A stretch of DNA of 64,000 bases from Auanema rhodensis. Lineage: Eukaryota > Animalia > Nematoda. Of this stretch, positions 45,815-59,000 are shown one piece after another. The translations under genes were made by a program, and so were the position numbers. The DNA is taken from the NCBI GenBank assembly GCA_964057225.1, contig OZ059895.1, positions 17,980,001-18,044,000 of the forward strand, written 5' to 3'. Each line of letters opens with the position of its first letter. Within the stretch, counting starts at the first letter, position 1. A model generated the notes under the pieces. That model saw only the letters and a list, made by a program, of their open reading frames with translations. It was not told the DNA's origin and searched no databases.

Positions 45815-48429
45815 ATGGAGTCATCGATCTCCAAAGATTGGCATCCAACTGGAAGTCATGATATGAATATTCAAAACTGCGGGTCTTACCGTACGTTTAT
45901 AAACTTCTCGTATAATAGTTTTCCTTTTTTCTCGTTTTAAGGAAACGGTGATATAATTGCGATATGCAGGGATCTCTCCCTTCGTGATTTGAGACCCGGA
46001 GAGAAATCTGAATCGTTTGTAAAATTAATTCTAGAGGTAAAACAATGATGTTTCAATGAAGAAAAGCATAGTATATTTTTTGCAGAAAATATTTTATGAT
46101 CCTAATATAGACCTGTGTTCAATAGTTCAAGCTTCACCGCCATCAACACCTGATCAAACTTACACTCTCATTCGAGATTTGATTCATAGCAAATCTGCAT
46201 TCTTTGAGGTTTTCATTTCTAACGCTATCTTTCTCATTCTGCTTTTCAGACAATTTTTGATGGTTCGGAAACGTTCGCAAATGAATTATGGAAAGCAATT
46301 TTCTATCAATTAGAGAAATCACATACGGTGTTTTTTAAATTTATTTAAAGATCGCAACATCCTTTTCTTAAGAGTTTTAATGTTTCTTCTGAAAGCGTTT
46401 TGATGACTTGTATCTCTGACTATGTTGTACGTCTACTTCCTTTCGAGCAAGTTCCGACTGAAAGGGCTGCTCCTAAATTGCACAGAGCCAAAACTCCATT
46501 GGATCTTTTTCTTCCAACTTCTCCTGTTTTGAATAGTGTTAAGCTAGGTATATAGGTAAATCTATTTTACATCTTTAATATGTAACAGTTTAGACTTACC
46601 CAGTCGTGAAAGTTTGTCACCTTCCTTACACCCGAGACATTTAACTATATTTTGTAATTTGGTAAATATAATGTGTAACCGACAACAGTATCCTTCTGCA
46701 AATCGTTTAATTGTTGTTAGGTACTAATATAATACTAATTCTTATTCCTTTATGTTTCTAATTGAAATAGTAACTATAACCAATATTTTGCAGGTATTTA
46801 CTTAAGCAGTTTCATTCTTTTTGTTTATTTGAGACAACTGATTCCGAGTTGATGGCCATAAAGGTAAATTTAAATTCTTTGAATTATATTAATATATCTT
46901 TAGAAAACCATCCATTCGAAGCCTCCGTTTTCATCCGAATTGTATCAATTCCTCTATACATTCCTTGATCAGTGCCCATCTCTCACTTCTTTGCTTGAAC
47001 TAATCAGTAAATATTAAACTTTTACTCCTATTTTAACCCCATTTCAGGCGTTTGGAGTACATACTGTAGACCATGGAGATATGTTGGAAATTCAAATATT
47101 CTATTTGAACACACTATGTCATCTTGGATATATTTTGTGAGAAACGAAGAAATATTCTTCCGAATTTTACTAGGAAAAATTCTCAGAAAGTAACTAGTAG
47201 CGATAGTACTCAAAATTAATATTTTTAATATTTAGATTGTCCGAAGCTGATGTCACAATTGATTCCTTGAAGACAATACGAACATTCATTGAGTGGTGTT
47301 GGAAAGACCCCATGAAAAAAATACTTAGGTATAAATTTCGCGCTTTATCTAAAATATTTTCTTTGAAGAGAGATCAATGTTGATCCTCGCCAAGCTACAC
47401 GAAAAGTATTAGATAGTGTATTTACCGTATATAAAGCAAAGTTGGCTGAGTACAAAGCTCTTTCCATGGAAGTGAGTAAATCTGTTTTAATATTGAAGCA
47501 TTACCATTTTTCAGAAAAAATCTATGTGGGATATGATCTCAGCTGCTCCAGAAACACCTCGTCTTGCCTCCGCTCGCCAAATCGTAGACATCATCAAGCC
47601 AATGCTGGAAGAAGGCGATAAGTTTATGTTTACAACTTATGTTACTCCTGCCGATACTTTCATAGAAGAGCCAGTATTGTAATTTATTTTCTTTACATCC
47701 TCTCTCTGGAGTTGTGTTATTGTTTAGGAACCAAGTATCCCCTAGTACTGCCGTAGCAGATGTTATTTATGATACTCCGAAACGAGGAAGATTACCTGAC
47801 CATACTAAAGATCCCACAACAGGTTTTATGTATTTAACACCTTTGGGTCGAGAACAAGTTTTTACAGGAGAAAGGTTTGCAAGTCTTTCTTTTACTAAGT
47901 AATTCCAAATTCTTAGGAAATTCAATTTTAATGACTGTAAAAATTTGCTCCCATCTTGGATTAAATCAGTGCAACCTTACGAGTTTCCTCCTTTAGTTTA
48001 TCTCACGCAGAAACTCACAGAACATATTAATGAAAGTGTATTCGGAAAATTTTTGGCTGAACAATATACGAGTAGCTCAGGTTCAATTCTTACATGAGAT
48101 TTTTGAATCCTTATGTTTTGTAGTTCTGGGTCAGTTAGCTAGAATAATTATGGATCCACCATATCCTAATCCACAAAGTCCAGTTCAATCTCCAGTATTT
48201 TGCCGAACACTTAAACGAACACCTCCTTCATTAAAATTACGGGTAAGTAAATTTTTAAATGACTCAGTTAGCAACTTACTTGTTTTTTCAGGTTTTTGCT
48301 CACTATGGTGTTCTCATTTTGTTTTTAGTTTTCGTCTTATTTATGATGTTTGGATGGCTAACCTTGATTCCTCTCTTTATTTCTTTCATGATTGGCACTA
48401 TGATATGGATAGCAAATCAAGAAGTATAA
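45815..48429 (+). CDS. Sphingomyelin phosphodiesterase 4 (SMPD4/nSMase3)-like protein
   Basis: Multi-exon; motifs WSTYCRPWRY, YLTPLGREQV, VQPYEFPPLV and KLRVFAHY followed by a C-terminal transmembrane segment. Internal exon boundaries not all verified. Confidence 0.75.
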
Positions 48430-48693
48430 TGTTCAGGATTGTAATCGGCTTTATCGTTGTTATCTTGAATAGAGTATTTGCAATAATTCTAATACATTTA
48501 TAAAAATAAGCTAAACATCAGTTTTTTTTTGAATATGACTCACTCTATTTAAGCTATCGGTGACAGTCTTACTCTCTAATAAATCATGACGAGTCTAGTA
48601 GTACGAAAGATTTGTATCTTTATGGTTATATATCCATTTTAATATTTAAGATTTTTTTGAAACAAGAATTGTCTATATTTTTAATTTCAACAG

Positions 48694-50000
48694 ATGGGAA
48701 GAGAAGAAGAAGTAGAAGCGGAACGAAAGCAATATGAAAGTGATAATGTTTGGCTAACACGTAAAGCTTTTCTAATGGCCCATTGGGGTACCGTACCAAA
48801 GTAATTGTTTTCTGAAATCTCTTCTGAAATATTATTTTTGAGTGATGAATTGGAATGCCTATCACAACTTTTTATAAATATAAACATGATCGGATGCGAA
48901 TATAGTCCAAATGTGATGGATAAAATTACCAAGTTAGGTTCAGGTATAGCTGAAAAGGTTTATATTATTTTGATTCAAAAACTCTGAAGACTAAAACAAA
49001 TTATGTAGGCTCAACGTCTACAAGATGAGAATCAATATGTTAAAGCTTCTCAAGGAAGACAAAAGGCTGAAGAATATAGGCAGAAGCAACAAGATCAACG
49101 AGATGTTGTTCGGTGTTTAGATTGTATTAATATCTTTTTACTTTCATTATTTAGTGCAGAGAAAAAAGGACCAACTGTAGACGAGAAGTTGAGACAGTTA
49201 AAAATTCATATGAAACAGGTATTTTTCTATTCGGGAGAATTTGGAGTAATTTGGAGCAATAGGCTATTGCTGAAACGCCACTGAATTTGTTGAACATGGC
49301 AGGACGTGTCCAACTTCCTTGGCGACTTGATTCCGTAAACGGTGATACTGAACTCAGAGTAAAACACTATATCGCTTTCCGGCATAAGTAATTATTAATT
49401 TTATTATCTATCAACTTTCACTTCACTAAGGTTCCATCATTCAAAAGATGCTGAGCAGATAGCAATAGCATGCGTTGTTGATGGATTTTTGAACTGTGAA
49501 CCTGCTTTATCAGTTAGTTTTTCTAAAAAAAACAACTTTTCAATTATATTTTAGGGCGATAACATCACATTTGATAATATAGACCCTTCTGATTGCTATA
49601 AGCATACATTAATCAGAAAACTTCAAAAAGCCCGGCACCATACAGCGAATGCTGGAAATTACAAAGGTTGCTTCCTTAACGATATATTAACTTTGTTTTT
49701 TTATAGCTCTTCATGATGCATTGGGCAAAGTTGGTTTGCAAGTAGTTCAAAATGCAGTTCACTTACAAGTTATACAAGCTTTCATTTCGTTAATAATTAT
49801 GATTATAGGGATGGTCTCAACAAATGGACTTACGTGTTGATGATCTCCTACTGATAAGCAGAACACTGACGAAAAATGAATGTGTTAAGAGCAAATTGGC
49901 AGAAGCAGTTGATGATATGTGCAAGACAGTGTGCGATTACCTTCGCCGTGGTAATATCAATATTGAGGATTCGGGATCAGGCCTCCGTCTTGTCCTCTAA
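48694..50000 (+). CDS. paxt-1: XRN2-binding-domain (XTBD) protein PAXT-1
   Basis: N-terminus MGREEEVEAERKQYESDNVWLTRKAFLMAHW...LECLSQLFININMIGCEYS...KLGSGIA matches the PAXT-1 XTBD; ends ...GSGLRLVL*. Confidence 0.88.
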
Positions 50001-50107
50001 GACTCGCTGTGTTTTCATGAAGTATTCGCATTACTCAATTTCAATAAATTTCATATATATCTCTATTAACAAAAAAAACGTAACAATATACACAACAAGT
50101 TTCTGAC

Positions 50108-52690
50108 TCAATCAGATAATTCATCGGATGTGACTTGCCTAGCAAAGTTATCCGCAACGACATGTTGAGCTAATTCTTTTAAATAATCCGGAACAGAATC
50201 ACAAGCCTGAATAAGCTGTAGATCTGTCTTCCATTTCTAAAAGTTCAGATATACAGGAACAGATCAGAAAACAGCATTACATTTTTTTTTATTATGAAGC
50301 TTTCATTGGTATTGGCTTCATCGTCTTCACTATCCAGAGTAACACACTCCACCGGCTTCTTTACTGGAGTGATCATTTGGATTTCATCGTCTTCATTGTC
50401 AGAATTTTTCTTTTTCTAAAAAAAAATTTTTGTTAATTTAAAAAATTTTTCTAAAACAAGAATATGAATAACTTTGTGTAATTCGACAAAAAATTTACCT
50501 CAGCTCTTACAGATTCATCTATTCCCGTATCTCTATTTTTCTGTAACTTGTTTGCTCATTATTCTTGAAAAAGATAAAAATAAAATCACCTTCCTCGCCG
50601 GAGATCCAGGAGATTCCGGTCTCCGACGTATCCTTTCATTCTCTGTTTGCGATGTATTATGTGTTTGCTCTTCATGTGTTCCTCCACATGAAGAGGTAGC
50701 ATTACTATTATTAAACTCAGGAACTTTAGAGTGAATCAATGCTTCCTGTAGAATTGAATTTTTAAATTTTCATCTTATATGATACTTACTATGTGTGCTC
50801 TAACTGTATCGGAACCGATAGCATTAACTGAAATCAGAAAAATTATAAATTATGAGTACATTGAAACAAACTAATGTTTCGACATATCTGAACTTTAGAA
50901 GCTTGCACAAGTATATATTTTTCTTCGTGCTTCACAGCGATGAAAAAAATCCTAAATTAGTGTTAAGAGAAGATTAATATTTTTAAAAAAATAACTTGTA
51001 CCTGAGGAAATTCAAGGAGTAACAAATATAAAAAAACATTGTATTAAAAAATACACTCCGCAATAAATCTGGAGAATATCCCTTTTCAGCTAATTCATCT
51101 ATGAAATGAACTGAAAAAAACTTTCATGAACAAACGGATTGCACAATATTACCAGAAACAACATTAGGACACGGATCCAACGAACAAAACAACTTATTAT
51201 GGTTCCACTCCTTAAGTGAAATGTGCAATTTTTTTTGTGATGACATCAAATTTACACTGAAACCGTTAATTTTGAGAAGCTTTTCGGGCTTTAAGAAATA
51301 CTAACTGAGGAAAAATTTCAGAACTCATTCCTTTGCGAAATACAGATGTACATATTTGAAGTATGTTAAAAGGCATAAACCTGAAAATCATATCATATCA
51401 TGAATACAAGTTAGTTATATTACGGTACTGATGAGCGCAAGTGATATAAGAAGTGATCCAGTGATTTGCATAATGATGTAATCACTGCACTTTCAAATCC
51501 TACACAATATCCTTTTAATTTCACTTTTCTGAAATGGTTTATAATTATTTCTAAAATTGTTTAAATGAACTCACTTATCTTCATCTAAACGATCATACAA
51601 TTTTGTTCCTATTACTTTTCGAATTAATTTGAAAATATCCCCCGAAGTACAAGCCTATAGTTTGAAATTACTCAGGTATTTTAATAGATGCTCAAACCCT
51701 CAAAACAGGAAAGTCGTGTTTAGCTATATCCTGATACGAACTACGGTTCGGAATTTTCACAAGACTGCTTAAATAAAATACCTCATCGTCAAGAGGAGCT
51801 AAATTTAAAATATTGATAATTCCGTTCATTACTCAACACTATATACTATCTGATGCTAGCTGACCATCCTTGAATTTGATTTTTTCTTCATTCTTGACCT
51901 TCCAATTATTAGTAAAACTAATAAATTTTCTGAAAGAAACTCCACTCATGGCGAACTTTCAAGTAATCTACCTCAAGAATCCAATCAAGTAATAAAATAG
52001 GAAAAAATTTCGGGAATTTAACATATCTGTGCATTTTTCAGTTTTTTTGCTGATTACTTCCTCTGCAGAAAAATAAAGTAAACCTTAATAAAAAAATTGT
52101 ATAGGAGATACCTGCATATTGTCCGAAACCTTTAAGAACGGGTACAACATCAGAAGGATTTGACAATATAAAATTAGATAAAAAATGAGAAACCCCAAAA
52201 ATATCAACAGCAGAATGTGTAATGCAGTACTCAGACTCATTTAGTAAATGTTTCATTGTTAAGGAGAAAAACTTTTTTAACTTTTGATCTAGTAAACTGA
52301 AAGATTCATTATAAATATTGTAAATGAGAAATTACTTACTCCTCTGTGTTATTTAGAATTTTTAGTAATTGTTCTTTTTTTCCAAAAATGCAGGAATGAT
52401 ATCTTTTAAAAATTCTCTATAATGAATTACTACTAATAAAATAAATCGATTAAAGCGCGTACAGTTAAAGAAAATAAATGGGAGAGTAAACGAGCTGAAC
52501 AATGCTTCATAACTTTCAACCCGAATATTTCAATTGTTAAAGCCTCTATTGGAGCATCCAAAACCTGAATTTGAAATTATTTTTTTGATAGTAAGTAAAC
52601 GCTAGAAACCATATCGAACGTTGAATCTATTGCAGCACTATTGCTCAAATTAAATAAAGAAGTTTCTCTGTGGCTTTTTTTGGAGCTCAT
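50108..52690 (-). CDS. Unrecognised multi-exon protein
   Basis: ttcag-a-ATG at 52690 (MSSKKSHRETSLFNLSN...); a regular series of short GT-AG introns; last exon ...KWKTDLQLIQACDSVPDYLKELAQHVVADNFARQVTSDELSD*. No family recognised. Confidence 0.6.
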
Positions 52691-53026
52691 TCTGAACAAA
52701 ATAAAATAAAATCAAGGAAGCACATTAGAGAGCAAATATACTGTTGTATAATTTTAACATTTGATGGAAAACAATTAAATAGTGAAAATAAAGCATTTAT
52801 GCAGCATATTTTTCAAAAGATTTAGCACAATTTGATAATATTCAAAATGAAAAACATGCTAAACACGGAAAATTAACAATCTGATAAAAACGACTAGAAA
52901 GCTCTTGAGAAAATTATCTGATAAAGACATGAAACAATATGAGCGTTAGTAGGAGGAAACCCGTTATAATTACCAGAAAATTATTCGAGGCTACTAATAA
53001 CCTCATGGAATTTTCTACAAGCAAAA

Positions 53027-56000
53027 CTACTGATCCACTGTATTCATAGATATTCTTCCTGATGTTGATGCCCTGCGTGAAGAGACAGGGTTTGCACACT
53101 CATCCACAACTGAGCACTAAGAATATGGAAATTCAAATTTAAAAAAAAAAAAAGACTCAAACCTTAAGGTCATCACTACTTTGATGACTTATTATCCTTC
53201 GTTCTTCTACTTCTTCATTCTCAGATAATACGTCAGTTAGTTCACAATCAGCAAGGTCTTCTTCTTCTCGTTTTTTACTAACCTGAACAAGACAAATGCG
53301 AAAATAATATTTCAAAAAAAGAAAATACTTCGTTTAATTCCTTTCTTCTCTCTTGGACAACATAACGAGAAGGAGAAGGGACTCTAACTACATTTTCAAT
53401 TTCCGAATGAGCACCTTCAGAATCAGGAGAACCCTATAAACAATTGTAAAACATTGGTTCAGGAAGCTTTGAAAATTTATATACCGGTCTATCACTACTG
53501 TGTGATCGAAGACCTAGATGACGACGATCACGGGGATCAAACGCGATAGAATCAGTAATAGAAGTATATTCCTCATGTCTTTGTCGTCTTTTCGATCTAA
53601 AACATGGGATAGTAGGGCGTTACAAATGCAAATTGCGTACATCGTTTTTGCGGCAGATTGTTCCAAGGATAATTGTGAGCTGAAACGTAATTGAGAAGCA
53701 ACTGGATCAGGAGAAAGTAAAGCATCATCGGTTGACTGAGCACCTGGTACTAAACTCAATATGATTAGAAAAGGGACGAAATATCTAACCACAGAATGTA
53801 TTTGTACGTGGTCTTCTTTGAGTAATCGGCAGTGGCGCAATTCTTTCAACTGAATAAGCAAGATGTTCTGTTACCTAAATAAAAATACTTTACTACCAAA
53901 ATAATAATTTTTAAATACAATTTCCAAAGGACGATTTTCTGGTGCTGGACTGTAAGGCGGACGAATTGTTGATGTTTGTTGGGCAACCAGACTCTTGATC
54001 AAGTCTAGCATTTCTTCCTGTATATGGTATATTGTTAAATGAAGAAACATGAAACCCAACCTGATTCTTTTCAATACTTAATAGACGGTTATCCATTTCT
54101 CCCATAGCTTCTCTTAAAACGCTCTCCTTAGCGGTTAAATCATTGATTCTACTCAAGATCATATCAGTTCTGAAGATTACAAGACGTAGTGTTGAATGTT
54201 TACTTGATTTACCTTTCCGCCGTGCGATGTATTCGTTCTTCGCTGCTTGTGTTTTTCGTATGTTCTTTCTCTCTAGCTAGATCATCCATACAATCTTCTT
54301 CAAAGTCATGAAGTTTTTCGACTTGATCTTTATCCAAAAATAGTTCTAAACAACATCCTAATAAACACTGAATGTCAAAGAACTTACTTAATGAGAAATC
54401 AAACACATTTCGATCTTTCTCCGATGATGTATCAATACTGTTGCGATTGCATCGCCATTGTACATACTTACATAACATTCTTGCATGACTAATTGGGGTT
54501 AATGGTGGAGGAAAGATCGGGGTACTTTCATACTCCATAACCTGAAACATTTTCGTGTTTTTTCTCTAAGTCTGAGAGCAAATTCTTTACTTGGCGATAT
54601 CTTTGGAATAGCCAAATTTGTTGAGCAACTTCATCAGTTTGATCGAAAATATGACTGAAAAGAGACATGATCGAAGTTCTAGTAAGAAAAACAAACTTGA
54701 AAATGGCAATAAGCATACTCATCAACAAAATATTAGCAATCAGTAAGAAGAAAGTCATAAGTATAGGTGGAATCCAATGGCCAGTAACACAACTTATACC
54801 ATTATCACTTGTCATATTAACCGGATTCCGATTCTCGAGGTGAGCATCCCAAGCTAAATTATGACAAGACTTTAGTGGATTGACCACACAGAATAATAAC
54901 TATACCATCATCTCCACATGTATCAATCTCATCTGCGTACACTTCTCCATACAGCATGAAGTATGGTTTATAGAATATATTGCGAACCAATATCCAGTGC
55001 CATTCTTCGTTAGGATAAGTGATAGACTGCCTGGCCAATCCAAATGCTAATAGCGATACAACTAGTATTACAATGATATAAGACATATTAAGAACCTAGA
55101 AATATGATTAATTACGTTTGCTTATGCGGGGTTGATTTCATACCATTTTTCCAGCCATCGTAATGTAAGGACCCAACCGAGGATGAACACTCATGTAATC
55201 AAGCAGTTTCATTGTCCATAACACTGAGTTACAAGCTAGAACAACTCTGCCATAAGCGATCACACTGTAAAAAAAACTGTTAATTAAAACTACTTATTTG
55301 GAATTTACCCAAACGTTCGCATACCAAATCCAACGATGTAAGAAATAACAGCAGCCATAGTTATTGTATTCCAATAATTAAAAAAGAAATATTTCACCTT
55401 CTGGTCAAAAGCATGCATATCCGACATAATAAACTTAAACAATTCAAAATTTAACATATAATTAGCCCATTATCAAACTTTTCGAGTATGCTCCAAACCA
55501 AAAGCTATAACGTAAGCAAACAGTCCCCACTCCAACCAAGTAGGCTCCAAAGGAGTTCTAAACAATAATATAGATAAAGAATTGGATGAAATATAAATAT
55601 ACCGAATTAGAAGAACATAAGTAAAGCAAGCTAAGAATAAACAGAATGATAAAGTCCAAGCCCAGAAGGTTGTAATCGGAGCAGCATAGAACTCATACAG
55701 TCGTCTTCGGACCTTGATCGGTCGCTAAAACTCGATTCTAGTTAAATACTATAACGTTAGCTGAACAAACCATTCTAGGGATGTTAGCTCCAACTGCTAA
55801 TAAAATTGCAGTTTTATCAAATGTAACCTCACTCTGCTTCGTAACTGATAATTTAGTTTTATGGTCATGTAAATTAGCTTAAAATGGGGCATTTATTATG
55901 AAATGTTATTATTGCAAATAAAACATACATTTAGACTCATATAAAGATCCCTTAATGCTTGAATCGCTTTTGTTAATTTGAGGATTTTGTCTATATGATG

Positions 56001-59000
56001 TTAGTCGAGTTCGTTTTCTTACGAAAGAAGGTGGAGTCAATGTTCCACTGTGAGCTAAGAAGAACGAAAACAAATGTGATCAAAAAGCCAAAGAAATTAC
56101 TTCTGTGATGCTTGAAAGTCCCATACTCTCCCTTCTCAACTTTACTTGGATCGTTATGATCAGAATCTTTAGCATCAGCCTTATCCCTTCGTTTTTTCCG
56201 ACGACTATGAAATAGCTATAAAATTAAAAAAAAAATATATATATAAACTAAAAAAAATACCGAAGCAATATTCAATGATTGGACACTGCCATTCGATACA
56301 CGTCTGCTTCTACGAGTTACTTCCTTTTCTGATTGTATTCCCTGGAACAAGAAAAAAAAGTAATTCGCTATTCAGGAAACAATACTTCATCGTCATCATC
56401 GTCGTAACTACTAGATGAACTGTCATCGGAAGAGCTTGAACTTGAGCTCGAGGAACTGCTGCTCTCATTAATGTCATGCTCGTGTTCAGCCGCTGTCTAT
56501 ATCAATTGTTATTAAGCTTTTCAATTATTCACTGTTAACCTGAGGTTGATTTAATAATTCTTCTCTTGTTTTGAACTCTAGCATAAGAATAGACGGTGGA
56601 AATAATAACCCGCATATTACTTTGATATTAGAATGACTGAAAAAGAGATAATTTTATGAACAAAAAAATAACTACACCTTCGAATGCGCAGACCACCATG
56701 CCAAAGATCGGCAAGCAAAATTTGACAGCTGTAAAAAACAAAACAAATAAAGATAAAAATAAAAAACAATTTACCACGGATGAGCCAAGAATTGCTTATT
56801 ATTAACCATAACAGCAAGTGACAAACAGGTTTGGCAGCCCCAATTGGACAGCTCATATGTCAATAGCTACAAATTCTTATAATATAACAATTTACAACAA
56901 CAAAATACTTGTAATGTTTGAGCATCGTCTTGTTGATAGCAATGTTCTAATAACTCTAAAGAGAGAAGACGAAATTGTCTGAATTGTGTTAAATTTAAAA
57001 ATCAAATTATATCGATAAGAACAAACTCTGCATATGTCTTCAATTCTTCACAAATCTCCACTTCAAGATAATCTTCAGCAGCCTCGGTAGCCATACTTTT
57101 ATACAATCGGCAAGCAATCAAAGCCTGTAAAAAAGATATAAATACGGAAAGGTTCAGAAAACTCACTTTGGCAAGAGCTTCTTCCCCATGTTGCCACATG
57201 CACATAGCCATTTCTTGTCTTTTTGTAAGAACAGCCCATATTAGAAGCTCACTGAAGGGATAACGGAATTCAAATTCTTTCGCACACGAACCATCAGAAT
57301 CCGCAGATGACATATCTACAGAACTTATAAGTGTGCAAAACAGTAATTATCTTTACCTTCATCGATCTCACTACAACATTCTTTAGAATCACCCATTTTT
57401 CCCGATCTTAAAGTTACAGGATTGATAGGGTTCTAAAATATCACATTAATAGCTGTCTAGTATTAAAAAGAACAAACATCTCTTCTGAAAGCTGTACGCC
57501 AAAGAATATGATTACTTAGAGCTCTACTTCCACTAGGTGCAGTGACCATTGTTTCACTTATGCCTAATTGTTCACCAAAGGAAGAACCGAATGGTCCAGG
57601 ATCTGTTGATTGTCGAGATATAGCATCCGAACCCCCACGCGTACGGTCAACTTTCGAAACTAGTTTGCTAAGCTTATTACGTGACTAAAATCGAATACAA
57701 ATCGCGATATAAAGAACAATAAATTACCCTATATTTCTTCATAAATTTCGAATATTTTGCACGGAATTCCTGAGTTGTATATGACGATTTGTAAGCATTA
57801 CCCATAAGCTTTTCTAAAACCATACCGATATGAGGAAGTCTGTAAAGATGATCGTCGAAATAATACTATAATAACTTAGACTCTTACTTATAACGATACC
57901 CTTGTTTTATTTTAACCACATCTCGAACTATATAATACAGTGTATTAGGCGGTCCTTTATCCTGAAACCAACTTAAAATAAAACTATAATTCAACTCAAT
58001 GTTACAGTATTATAAAGATCTTCCAGTCGACCAATTGTTAGAAACTTTTGCATACTGACTCCATTTTGAAGTAATACACGAACAAAATCGACTCTATCAT
58101 GAATGAGAGCTTCCATCATTGCGTTGAATAATGCTGCCTGAGGCCATTCCTAAAGATGCTCATATAGGAATACAAAAATTTCCCATCAAACCTGTCCACC
58201 AGTAAAAATATCCGAACGTGCAATATCTACACGATTCCATGCCAAGGCTAGCGAGAGTTGATCAGCAGCTGACAAATTTTGACCCTAAATCAGTAGTGTA
58301 ACTCTTTGATCAAAAACTATGAAAACTTTAAGAAGGGCAGTCAATATAGCGTAATCAACATCGTGCTTTCCCTTTTCACCTAATCGGAATACCGTCATCT
58401 GTAATTACAGTCAGTAAAAATAATGTTTACTTTACATTTTATACCAGATGTTTTTGCTGTGCACACATTATTAGTTCAGAAATTACTCTATCAGCTCCCG
58501 ATACCCCACAACCAAATACTTTTTCGACTAAATGAACAAGTTGAGGTCGAACACCTTCGGGTAAACTTCTAAAAAAACAAAAAAAAAACTGAACAGGTTA
58601 TCTTGATCTAACCCATCATCTAGAACAGTTTGGTGAGCAAAAGCCAACAAATCAGCAGCTCTTCCGCTTCCATCGCAGACAACAACTGGCACACGAGGAA
58701 CACTGAAGAAAAAAAAGAAAAGTTATCAGCAAAATAGTAATACTTAATACAAACGTACTTAGTAACATAATCCAATACAGATCGAATAGTACAGCTACCA
58801 CCTTCCAAAACTACGCAGACAACTGGAACACTCCTTGTTCCGCCAAATATTTTTTGTTTTTGAGCTATGTAGTTCTCTAACCGTTTTCGGAGAATAATTT
58901 CTGCTCCATACCTGAAAAAGAAAAAGACATAAATTAAACCCGAGACCATATAAACACCTTCCTACAGAACCATTGTCTACCAGCAAAAAGTAGGAATGTC

